A stretch of DNA of 64,000 nucleotides, from the NCBI RefSeq assembly GCF_006345805.1, contig NC_043017.1, positions 33,046,001 to 33,110,000 of the forward strand, in the 5' to 3' direction. The notes beneath the pieces are model-generated. The model did no database searches and was not told the DNA's origin. It worked only from the letters and a program-made list of their open reading frames with translations. This DNA comes from Octopus sinensis. Its lineage: Eukaryota. How positions within the stretch are numbered: the stretch's first letter is position 1; each line of letters opens with the position of its first letter. Positions 50,299 to 62,329 of this stretch are shown here, piece by piece. Position numbers and translations under genes: made by a program.

Positions 50299-50565
50299 GG
50301 GGTATATTTGCCATCTCACATTGTCGTGCAGTTACTGTTTATACCCTCTTTCAGAGATTTATATTGCTTATATATTATATGTATATATACTTACATTTCT
50401 TGTTTGCTCTACACCGCCGTGCTTTCATGCATTAGATGCCTACTGAGAGGCTTTCTTGACCACTTACTGCAGTATTACGGCGCTCCTATAACAATTCCAA
50501 GTTAAGGACTTAAAATTTGTCTTTCATTAATCATACGGATTCTGTCACTAATCCCTCATAAAAGA

Positions 50566-50617
<52 letters not shown>

Positions 50618-50739
50618 GTATTATACATATATATATATGTATACATACATACAACGTACACATCCATTCATACTATGTATATTAGATACACTTTATAACA
50701 TATATAGATATATATGTATATAATATATGTACACTCACA

Positions 50740-51490
50740 CTAGCAATGCATCCCGGCGTTGCCTGGGTTTTTATGACCTACAAGCACATTGTATTATTTG
50801 TTCCTTTGTTATGGGCATAATCAGCACAGCTGATATATAGTTAATGGAATAATGGAAGTTTTTTGGGGGGTTTGTTTAATAGTGAAAGACGAGGGTACAA
50901 TTTGCATGGGTTTGCATGAAAGTGTTTTTTGTTCTTAAGAAGGATCAGAAACTATGTATTGTTTCATCGTATAAAAGGGGATTAATACGATTTTGTCCAG
51001 AAATCACGTTTTCAAAATGTTATTTTCCCTCTATCCCCACCGCAATTTCTCAATTTGTAACTTTTTCAAATTCGGTTTGTTTTTTGTTATTGACGTAGAA
51101 ATATACAGAGATTACGAACCTATATATAGTTTAATTTTTCTTACAGAAACACTCAATGGCCCTTCCTCCCACCTCGGCCACCCATCACCTACCAGCTTTC
51201 AAAGAGCTAAAATCTCCCAGTCTTTCACTTCTGTCTGATGTTTCCCGCATACATAGAATTTTACTGAAATAGTAGACTTAAAAAATACCAGACCAACACC
51301 AGAAAACCCGACATGCTAGAAACAACAGGTAAACGACACTATTCTGAAGAAACTTCACTGCTTTCCAAACAGCTAAAAGTGAAACATTGGGAGTGTGTAG
51401 CTCTTTGAATGTGATGAGGTGATGGGTAAAATTCTTGAAGATTCGTACTCTGCTTTTTTTTCTGAAAACCAGAAAGGAGAAAGCTAATTT
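50740..51490 (-). mobile_element. Non-autonomous Helitron-like repeat with intact 3' end
   Basis: Minus strand ends cccaggcaacgccgggatgcattg-CTAG|T; body homologous to 2100-2970. Confidence 0.7.
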
Positions 51491-51624
51491 GAAAACTATA
51501 AATCCAATCCATCATTGGGACTGTAAATAATCTATAAGACTTGCCAGAAGTTTATCATTTATGAGTAAGTTTAGATACGCAGTTATATGCATGAGAAGAC
51601 ATACATAAAATAAAACATAGAAAT

Positions 51625-51930
51625 CTGCATGTATACATACATACATACATACATGCATACATACATACAAACATACATCCATACATACATACACATACAC
51701 ACACATACATACATACATACATACATACATACATACATACATACATACATACATACATACACATACACACATACATACATACACACATACATACATCCAT
51801 ACATACATACACACACATACATACATACATACATACATACATACATACATTCATACATACATACATACATACATACATACATACATACATACATACACAC
51901 ATACAACATACATACATAAACACATACATA
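51625..51930. repeat. (TACA)n tetranucleotide array
   Basis: Directly visible. Confidence 0.95.
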
Positions 51931-53360
51931 AATACAAAAAATATCTTGTTGATGTTGAAATTTCTATGAAGGAGCCTTGGATCTTGGTTAGAAACCGGCT
52001 CCTCTATTGGCAAGAAATCTTGAAAAAAAAAACTGAATAATGACATACATGCATAGAGAAGGATAGGTAGATAGACAGATGTGTATGTGTCACTAAATAC
52101 ATGCATATAGTTTAGCTTTATCTTTTCTTCGTTGCAATAAAGAAACAACTCTTCTTAATCGTAGACAAGGCTAATATGGCGGCAATAAAAATTGTTGCTG
52201 CTTTATTGTTGCAGCTATTGCTGTCAGAATTTTAGTTTTAGTGTTAGATTTATGAGTTCCTAATCAGGTATATTTTATTTTATTTTTTTTATTTTTTTGT
52301 CTTGTTAAAATTATAAAACTACAACTCAGTACTAGTTCTTTCGTTTTGAATTTAGATATATATTTCATTTTATCCAACGATATATCTCACTTTGCCTATC
52401 TCCATTCAAGAACCAACGTCCGAGCACTCTACAAGCCATTTACGCTTCTTATAATGTTATCAATATGTTCTGTTGTTTCCAGATTGAACACATTCTTCAC
52501 CCTAGTCCAAAGAGACTATGTATATTCTTTTCTTTCTTAGTGTCGTATTCTCTGCATCTTAGTTATTAAACTAATTATTTCCCTTATAATTTCCACGTGA
52601 CACCTATAAAATTACTTGTCTAATTTATCGTAATTTTTATTGCCAAATAAATTTTGTCCTTTTTTTTTTGCTTCGTATGTTCCACACATTTTATACTGTG
52701 TTAATCAAATTACACAATTCCTTATAATCATTTATTTGGAATCTGCTGGCTATCTAAAGCTACCAATCCACACATAAAAATCGAAACTGTCTTGACATTG
52801 AATCAACGGTTGCTGAAGGGAGAATTGCTTCCATATTTGTACTTACCTTTCGATTATTTTTTACGTTTGTTTAATTGTATTCCAATTTAATTATTTCTTT
52901 ATTATAAAAGTAATAATGCTATTTAAACACTCAGCAAATGTCTACTCCACTCTTATTTCTTCTCTCTTTTCTCTCCATCTTTGTTCCAGTGTCCCATATG
53001 ACTTAATTTCATACATAGATCTACTAAGTTTTCGTATTGTTTTTGTCAGCTCGACAAATAAATATTCATTCAGTCTTTTTCTTAATGTTCGCATATATTC
53101 GTGTCTCGCGAATATGTGCGTACCGCGCACGTTGTATTATATTCTCTTCATATTTCACTAATAGCATTTGCTATAAATCTGTTGAATAACAGGGTCACAC
53201 TCTGAAGCGGACGAGTCTGTTGCTAAACAGCCGTAATAGTATCGATTTGCATTCAGCCCTTAAGGGAAAAATCTGCTTCCATGTTTGTGCTTTACCACAT
53301 CATGCAAAAGGAATATCTATCCATCATATGGAAGGGTAGATTTCCCTCTGTTGTGTATGC

Positions 53361-53417
<57 letters not shown>

Positions 53418-53509
53418 ATATATGTAGGTCCCGGGTTGATTCGGGGTTAACCACAGTAAATAAGGTACTCAATACATAGCAGAGTAAAATTAATGTATTA
53501 TATAGAAGG

Positions 53510-53560
53510 AGCTTCTACAGGACTAGAACTGTTTCATTCAAGAGAAATCTTCAGGAAGCT
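53510..53560 (-). ncRNA. Type I hammerhead ribozyme, U.U at stem II base
   Basis: Exact reverse complement of 54586-54636. Confidence 0.8.
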
Positions 53561-54261
53561 AGTTAACAAGAATTGTATTGGCATTTATACATTTAGGCAG
53601 GTTTAAAGGGGTGTTGGTGGGGGACTTTTTGGGGGTAGGCATAGCGCAAAAAATCATACTTGGGGGAGTGGTCAAGGAGTCAGTGTTAAATTAGATAGGA
53701 GAATAAAAAAAAAATATATATAAAAAAAATAAAAAATAAAAAATAAAAAATAAAAAATAAAAATAAAAATAAAAAATAAAAATAAAAAAATAAAAAATAA
53801 AAATATATAAAAAAATATAAAAAAATAAAAATAAAAATAAAAAAAAAAAATATAAATATATATATATATATCTATATATATATAATAATATATAATATAT
53901 ATATATATATAAGGGGGAATAGAGTTTTAGGTAAATAAGGAGATTCTCACTTATACTCTACACATACACACTATATACACATCACCACATACATATACAT
54001 ATCTACACATACACATATATATGTATACATACACCACACTCACTTGCATACACGTATACACACATGTATATATACACACGTATGGTGGTCGTGTGTGTAT
54101 ATATACATGTGTGTATACGTGTATGCAAGTGAGTGTGTGTATGTATACATATATATGTGTATGTGTAGATATGTATATGTATGTGTGAGTGTATATATGT
54201 GTGTATGTGTAGAGGTATAAGTGAGAATCTCCTTATTTACCTAAAACTCTATTCCCCCCTT

Positions 54262-54343
<82 letters not shown>

Positions 54344-54585
54344 TTTTATTTTTTATTTTTTTATATTTTTTTATATATTTTTTATTTTTTATTTTTTATT
54401 TTTTTTATTTTTTATTTTTTATTTTTTATTTTTTATTTTTTATTTTTTTTTTTTTTTTATTCTCCTATCTAATTAACACTGACTCCTTGACCACTCCCCC
54501 AAGTATGATTTTTTGCGCTATGCCTCCCAAAAAGTCCCCCACCAACCTGCCTAAAGTATAAATGCCAATTACAATTCTTGTAACT

Positions 54586-54636
54586 AGCTTCCTGAAGATT
54601 TCTCTTGAATGAAACAGTTCTAGTCCTGTAGAAGCT
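54586..54636 (+). ncRNA. Type I hammerhead ribozyme, U.U at stem II base
   Basis: agcttc-CTGAAGA-T-TTC-tctt-GAA-T-GAAA-CAG-ttctagtc-CTG-TA-gaagct: 6-bp stem I, 4-bp stem III, GUA site, cut after 54630. Confidence 0.82.
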
Positions 54637-54699
54637 CCTTCTTATATAATAAATATATATATATATATATATATATCAAATATATATATATATATCAAA

Positions 54700-56721
54700 T
54701 TTACACCCACCAAAAGGAAGAAATAACTACCTTGACCAATACATTGATATCCTGTCTAAATTTCCCTTAGACGCAATACCAATGTTAGGCCAAACATTAG
54801 CAAATCAGAGATGTCTGCATGTAAACGTATACAAAACGATCAAACAATAATAATTAAACAAGCAGATAAAGGTGGTGCAATTGTTATTATGGATACCGAA
54901 TACTATAAGGATTTGGTTGAAGACCAACTGAAGGATACAACCTTCTATTGTGAAATACCCGCAAATATAGACCACCACATCATGAAAAAGATCAACAACC
55001 TAATTTCAACACACCACAACTCACTTACGGATAATGAAAAAGACTACATCACCAATTTTGAACCAAAACCCAGCAACTTCTACGGCTTACCAAAAATACA
55101 CAAATCAAAAAACATTCAACAGGCAGTAAAAGAACAAGAAAGTGAGTACATAAAATTATTACATCCAAAAGACCTAAAACTTAGACCTATTATAGCTGGT
55201 CCAGCATGCCCTACACACCGTCTAAGCAATTTTATTGACATTGTTTTGAAACCACTATGTACTTACATACCAAGTTTCATCAGGGATGACATCGACTTCC
55301 TGTCCCATCTTCCCAAAACAACAGAAACAATTCAGTTTTACTAAGTTTGATGTGTGGTAAGCCTCTACACCAATATTCCACACGATTTAGGAATAAAGGC
55401 GATTAAATACTGGTTAGAAAAACATAGAGAAGTGATTCCCAGCAGATTCACAGTGCCTTTTATATTAGACACAGTCAAGCTTATTCTAGAAAATAACATT
55501 CTTCTTCAATGGAAAGAATTACATCCAAATTAGAGGCACGGCGATGGGAACGAGGTTTGCTCCCGTTTACGCCAACTCTGTAATGGGATACTTAGAAGAA
55601 CAACTCTACCAAGAGGTGGAGGTAAACTATGGCACTGGGTTTAGAAAGTATATTGAAAAGGCATGGAAGAGATACCTAGACGACTGTTTCATAATCTGGA
55701 CAGAATCTCTAAATACTCTGGAAGAGTTCAATATCCTCCTGAACAACCTACACCCATCTCTCCAATTTACAAAGGAGATGAGTAGTACCAAATTACCATT
55801 CCTGGATATAATGGTAATTAAAAAAGACACCACCATCACCACAGATATATACTATAACACACAGACACACATCAATACCTAAATTTTAAGTCGTGCCATC
55901 CACCACATACAAAACGTAACATCCATACTGCCTAGCCAGAAGAATTTGTACTATTGTAGAAGATGCAAATATCAGGAACAAACGCCTAATAGAACTAAGA
56001 GAATTTTTGCTCAAACAAAAATACCCATCTCTACTTATAGAAAATGGCATACAGCGGGCTATAAAAATACCTATACAACAACTTAGGACAACCCAAGGAA
56101 GAGGAAAACAAGAACAAGTCATACCATTCATAGTGACACACAACCCATGTCACCAGAATATCTTCAACATTGCCAAAGCAAACCTACCAATCATTGCCCA
56201 AAGTAATGAATTGAATTAAAAGACATAATCACGGATCGAGCTATGGTGCTTAGTAAAAGACAGCCTAAAAACTTGAAAACATTACTAACAAAGGCAAAAT
56301 TTGACCTCAGCAACAAAGACCAAACATTCACGGTATCTAAATGCAATGATAGCCGATGTGGCACATGCCAATTCATACATACCGTCAATATATAAACACA
56401 AAAACCGGGAAAATATTCACAAACGCGAATATGAACTGCAAAAGCAGAAAATTAATTTACTGCATCAAATGCCCAAATTGTGAAGAAATATATGTAGGTC
56501 AGACGGGAAACGCACTATTAGAACGCTCACGTGTACACCGGCAACAGATTAGAGACCCAGAGGTCCGTCAGATACCTTTGAGTAACCACCTAGCAACATG
56601 TGGTCGGAAAATATATATAATATTTCCATTCTACAAATTACACAGCCCAAGTGAAATCGAGAGGAAAATCAGAGAAAAGAATTTTATTGATAAATTCGAA
56701 CCCAAGCTAAATAAGCAATAA
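54700..56721 (+). pseudogene. PLE reverse transcriptase + GIY-YIG endonuclease, frameshifted
   Basis: IIIKQADKGGAIV, FYGLPKIHK, LRPIIAG, SLYTNIP, GTAMGTRFAP, RYLDDCF, LPFLDI, CNDSRCGTC linker, LIYCIKC...IYVGQT, ERKIRE...LN. Confidence 0.92.
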
Positions 56722-57217
56722 TAATAATAATAATACTTAGAGGTATTACTTCCACTGCTACGACCATGACCACTAACAACAACAACAATACTAAAGGTGA
56801 TCAAGACGAAGATAGCAGGAAAATTATCTTATTTAGGGTTAAAAGTTCTATTGCCAAACCATCACCACTAGCAACAATAATTAAGGTGCTGACAATGATG
56901 ATGATGACAATTGAAATAAAAATATAAAAATCTCTGACAAAGGATATTTACAACATTTCTAAAAATAACCCAACAATTGCTGCTTCGGCCAGGGTCAAGA
57001 TACAGGACTCTTGACATGTCCAACAAAGCGTGACGCCTAAACCAATCAGCTCAACCAACAATCAGCTTAAGTAATTGAGTGATACTACACACTGATTGGT
57101 CAGAATACAGTTTGCAAAACCTAGCACTCTGGAGCCTACCCAGCTGTATTTATAGCACAGAATCAATCATCTTGCTACAGTCAAAAATTGTGAAGCATGA
57201 CTGTCAACACTACTACA

Positions 57218-57262
57218 TGAACCCGAAGATTGCAGAATTCAATGCATGAAAGTACTAGTTCA
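57218..57262 (+). ncRNA. Minimal type I hammerhead motif at the PLE 3' end (U4->C, U.U at stem II base)
   Basis: tgaac-CCGAAGA-T-TGCA-gaattcaa-TGCA-T-GAAA-GTAC-TA-gttca; palindromic AGTACT stem III. Confidence 0.72.
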
Positions 57263-57440
57263 ATCAGAATGAATATTTAACATTCTACTATTTCATTTTA
57301 TTTTATTCAATTATAATATATATCTTATAATATATATCATTATAAGATTGTAAATAAAACGTGAAAATCAGACAAGGTTGGAATTCTTTTTATTAATATA
57401 TTCTTCTATACACATCACACACACCCATATATATATATTC

Positions 57441-57474
<34 letters not shown>

Positions 57475-57477
57475 ATA

Positions 57478-57581
57478 CAAGAATAAGCAACAATCACCCA
57501 TGGATTATATGGATAACACCATAAAAAATTTGGTGCACTAAACTTAAGTACCATATTCATTGAATCTAATTTTGATGAACT

Positions 57582-57586
<5 letters not shown>
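57478..57586 (+). mobile_element. Collapsed family H1 remnant (stub of short arm plus tail)
   Basis: aataagcaacaa joined to the tcacc...ggtgcactaaacttaagtaccatattcattgaatcta tail, as at 28008-28101. Confidence 0.7.
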
Positions 57587-57625
<39 letters not shown>

Positions 57626-57688
57626 ATATAATATTTATATTTATATATATGTATATATATACATATATACACACATAATATATATATA

Positions 57689-57732
<44 letters not shown>

Positions 57733-57738
57733 TATATA

Positions 57739-59010
57739 TCGAGCTGAGTGAGTAAAAAGTAAGCAACGTTTTAAACATTGAAATTCATCACAATATATTT
57801 CAACAATGCGGAAATTTTGTTTATCAAAGAAAAAACCATTACAATTAACACGTTTTGCCAACGAGTTACACGTATGTTTATTCCGGGAACATAAAAATCT
57901 GGAGCTCTGGAGCTGATGAACTTTTTGAACGCACTTTCAGCATGGGTTTGATTTTTTTAAACTCCTTCTCTCACAGGAAATCATCAAGTCTTTAAGAAGT
58001 GGTAGTCGGTAGGAGAATGGTCTATGGAATAAGCTGGGTGGAGAAGACTTCGTAACCAAGATCTCGCAACTTATGGAGTATCTTTAATCAAATTTGTAGT
58101 TGAGCATTGTCATGAAGAATGACTGCCCCTCTTCTGTTGAGCAATCAGTGACGAAGGAGTAGCAGTTTCTCGTTCATTTTGGGAATTTCATGGCAATTTG
58201 TTGCTGCAGGGATGGTGTTTCAGGGTTTCAATAAGATATAGCAAATGAATCCAGCAGTACACCACCAAACAGTCAGTAAAACCTTCTTTTTAAAGAGCTC
58301 GGGACTAGGGAAGGTTTTCGGTGCTTCACTTTGGTGCAACCACTGCGAAGAACGTTTTTTATTGTTGTACAGAATCCACTTTTCATCGCAAGTTACAATA
58401 GAGTCGAGAAATGGATCGGTTTGGTCACAGAAAAGAAGCAACAAGCAAATCTTTGCATTTTCTGATTTTCATTCAAATCGTGTGGTACCCATTTAACCAG
58501 CTTTTTTGATTTTCTGATCCCATGCAAATGGTTGCAGGCAGTTTTCTGGCTTGAAGTTCTTTTGCCAGTTCTCGAGTGGTTTTACGTGGATCTTTCTCAA
58601 TGACGGTCTTTAATTGACCGCCATCGATCACAGATGGGCGTCCACTACGCTCACGATCTCCATGGCGTAGGTCTCCACTGCGAAATCATTTAAACCATTT
58701 TCGAACTGACTACTCACTGGCCATTTCGTTACCAAACGTTTCGTTGCTATCGCGAGCAGTTACATCTGCTTTACGTCCTTTTTTTAAGTTGAATAGCAAA
58801 ATTGCTCGAATATTGCGCTTTGACAGTTCCATTTCAAATTATTTTAATAACGTAAAATAATATCAATGTTAATTTATTCATACATTTGAGCAAGTCTATG
58901 TCTGTAATTTCAGATAATTGTAAAAAATGTTTTTAAAAAATTTAAAACTTCAAAAATCTGGTACAAAGTTTTCATGGTTCAAAACGTTGCTTACTTTTGA
59001 CTCAACCTGA
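57739..59010 (-). mobile_element. Full-length decayed mariner transposon (~1.27 kb)
   Basis: TIRs sharing aaaagtaagcaacgtttt, TA flanks; minus-strand ORF from ATG 58832: MELSKRNIRAILLF, RSGRP, IVTCDEKWILYNN, VLLTVWW, ILHDNA; stops and frameshifts. Confidence 0.9.
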
Positions 59011-59332
59011 TATATATATATTTATATATATATATACATATATATACTGTATATATATATATCTATCTATATATGTGTACGTCTGGGGTGGTGTATGTGT
59101 CTGTGTGTGTGTGTCTGTGAATTTGTGTAAGTGTGTGCAAGTGATTTTATGCACATATATATATTATTGCTTAATTTCAAAAAACAGTTCATACGAATCA
59201 TTCAATTGGTCCCATCCATGATGTAGAGTCAACTCATTGAAAAGTCAGCCTCAGCGAAGCTTCAAAACCACACTCACTTATATATTATATTATCGTATCA
59301 CATCATATATCATATCACACACACACACACAG

Positions 59333-59375
<43 letters not shown>

Positions 59376-59587
59376 CATAATATATATATATATATATAAA
59401 TTAGAAAAAAAGCACCTTTTATCAATTCAACATGAACTATTAAATTACACCATCTAGAAAATTACATATAATAGAAATATTAAAATTAAAATAACAATAA
59501 CATACCGATAATCAAGTAAATTGCAAAACACTAATAAAAACATAAATAATTATTTATTTTTCTAATTTATATATATATATATACATG

Positions 59588-59850
59588 TACTATTATTAAA
59601 TTTCAGGGTAGTAAAAAATCATTTAGATATTTTTTACCACCAGTGGTCTAGCGTGTAGGAAAACTATATACTATTCATTTTATATAGTGTACATTTAAAC
59701 ATATAAGAGAGGGCCATAATCGGACATCTAACACTGTATATATAATGAATAATGTATAGTCTATTGACAAGTTTTTCTACACGCTAGACTACTGATGGCA
59801 AAAAATTTCTAATTAAATTTTTACTTCCCTGAAATTTATTAATAATACTA
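59588..59850. repeat. Diverged fold-back (~100-bp arms)
   Basis: tattattaaatttcaggg...ctagcgtgtagga versus tttctacacgctagac...ccctgaaatttattaataata. Confidence 0.75.
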
Positions 59851-59988
59851 ATTTTGAAAGAAAAGTGACATTATCTCTATTTGCTGCCGATAAAAAAAAC
59901 TGCGCTTGCGCGGTGGATTTGAAGGATTATACTATGTAAGCACGATGTATGTTCTGTGTTGCCTCGCGCTTATATGTTAACCTTTGGC

Positions 59989-60063
59989 TTTCCTGCTGAA
60001 GAGAGCTTCGCCTAGCACATTACTTTGTTTGCTGAAGATATATTGAAACCATAGTCCAGGAAA
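59989..60063 (+). ncRNA. Type I hammerhead ribozyme motif with long stem II
   Basis: tttcctg-CTGAAGA-g...t-GAAA-C-cata-G-TC-caggaaa: 7-bp perfect stem I, GUC site, cut after 60056. Confidence 0.72.
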
Positions 60064-60329
60064 TAGATGATAAATGTTTTTATTTTTCATTCCCTTTCGA
60101 AATTACCCCTAATAGTGGTTTGGATTTATCTACTCCTTCTAGCAGGCTAGATGCCCGATAATGGCAATCACTTATGTGTTTAAATGTACACTGTATATAT
60201 ATACACATGTATGTATATAAATAATATATATATATTATACACATACATGCATACGCATGTCTGTATTTGTGCATACATATGTGTACATATATGCATGATT
60301 ATACATGACACACACATACACACACATGC

Positions 60330-60360
<31 letters not shown>

Positions 60361-60495
60361 AAATCAAAATAAGCAACAAGGATATATTGTGATTTTAATC
60401 ACCTTATTTTGATATTGTATGGATAATACCATACTAAATTCTGGTGCCTCAACTCAGTACCATATTAACTGAATCCAAATTTTTATTGAAGTCAT
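60361..60495 (+). mobile_element. Collapsed family H1 remnant (mini fold-back plus tail)
   Basis: atcaaaataag...cttattttgat mini inverted repeat, then the H1 tail. Confidence 0.7.
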
Positions 60496-60523
60496 TTGCC
60501 ATACCTAGTGTATATATATAATG

Positions 60524-60622
<99 letters not shown>

Positions 60623-60636
60623 ATATATATAATATA

Positions 60637-60683
<47 letters not shown>

Positions 60684-60687
60684 ATAT

Positions 60688-60998
60688 GGAGGCGCAATGG
60701 CCCAGTGGTTAGGGCAGCGGACTCGCGGTCGTAGCATCGCGGTTTCTATTACCAGACCGGGCGTTGTGAGTGTTTATTGAGCGAAAACACCTAAAGCTTC
60801 ACGAGGCTCCAGCAGGGGGTGGTGGCGATCTCTGCTGTATTCTTTCGCCACAACTTTCTCTCACTTTTTCTTCTGTTGGTCTGCTCGCTTAGCCAGCGGC
60901 GTGGCGTCATTTGAAGGCTAAAACAATGCAAAACGCATTGTGACCAGCGATGTGTAGCAACATCTGATAGCCTGGTCGGTCACGATGATCACGGTGAT
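60688..60998 (+). mobile_element. tRNA-derived SINE, head B + tail T3
   Basis: Head matches 5520 and 8111; third distinct tail. Confidence 0.88.
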
Positions 60999-61216
60999 AT
61001 GTATATATATATATATATACATATATACAGAGAGAGAGAGAGAGAGAGAGAAAGACAGGTAGACAGATATATTAGATAGATAGAAATATAATTATAGACA
61101 TATGCATAATTATATATATATATATAATATATATATGCATATATACATATGTATATATATATATATATTATTTATATTATATGATTGAACGCCATGCATC
61201 CTCTTCCACGTAAGTT

Positions 61217-61286
<70 letters not shown>

Positions 61287-61318
61287 CACTCTCTCTCTCT
61301 CTCTCTCTCTCTCTTTAT

Positions 61319-61352
<34 letters not shown>

Positions 61353-61497
61353 ATATATATGCATATAATATATATAAGTGCAAACACAGATATACACGCA
61401 CATATCGTATCTGTCTGTGTTACTGTGTGTATGTGTGCATGTGCGAGTGTGTATGTGTGCGTGTGCGAGTGTGTGTGTGTGTGCGTGTGCGAGTGTG

Positions 61498-61537
<40 letters not shown>

Positions 61538-61888
61538 CACTCGTTGTTTGAAACAGGAGATTAATTTAAAAAGGGACATTCAAAAATGTCAATTGAAATA
61601 AACTAATCAATGGAAAACCTTTCAGACGAAGAATTTAAATGAAATATGGAAATGAAAGACAACAAAATAAAATAAAATAAAATAAAACAAAATAAAACAA
61701 AACAAATAAATAAAAAGAATAAAGGGAAAAGAAAACGAAAAATTAAATCTGATAAAAATAAAAATGGAAAATTTAAATTTACACAAGTATGTCGAAATAA
61801 AAGCAATTAAATGCTATTGAAATAAGTTAATGATCCAATCTAGAAATTACCAAAGCAGACAACAACAACAACAAAAATACGTGTACAG

Positions 61889-61924
<36 letters not shown>

Positions 61925-62220
61925 GCTGCTGTTGCTGCTGGTACTACTGCTGCTGCCATTAGTGGTGGTGGTGCTGTTGTTGCGCGGAGTAATAGCCATA
62001 TTCAGTGGTTTGACATTTTTGCACAAGGCCAGCAATTTTTCGGATGAGAGAAATTAATCGATTATATTGACTGCAGTACTTGACTGTTCCTTTAATTTTT
62101 ATGAACCGCGGAAGGAAGTAAAGCAAAGCTGACAACGGCCAAGTGTGAACCGTATAGTGCCGGAACCAATAATGAAAAGCATTTTTCCGACGTTCAAATG
62201 CATGTGTCAGCTCGTCGCTC

Positions 62221-62287
<67 letters not shown>

Positions 62288-62329
62288 AATGATAATAATA
62301 ATAAAAAAAAAAATAAAAAAAAAATGCCG

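Larger units (their letters stand above)
53424..54650. mobile_element. Fold-back Penelope-like element (family H2): ~570-bp arms, ~11-bp spacer, ~70-bp one-sided tail
   Basis: Arms ~53495-54079 and 54091-54650 are reverse complements, including their internal microsatellites. Confidence 0.85.
54696..57400 (+). mobile_element. Penelope-like retroelement (Neptune-type), 5' truncated
   Basis: RT-GIY-YIG ORF, ~500-bp 3' region, HHR, then (TA)n. Confidence 0.88.

Noticed and set aside
52330-53200. Candidate 37-nt exon (ttccag|ATTGAACAC...CTAT|gt) and the ORF at 52942-53130
   Set aside because: Weak signals of a kind expected by chance in AT-rich DNA; no homology recognised.
5520-60760. tRNA genes at the SINE heads
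   Set aside because: A/B boxes are present but continue into SINE bodies with TSDs; no complete cloverleaf.
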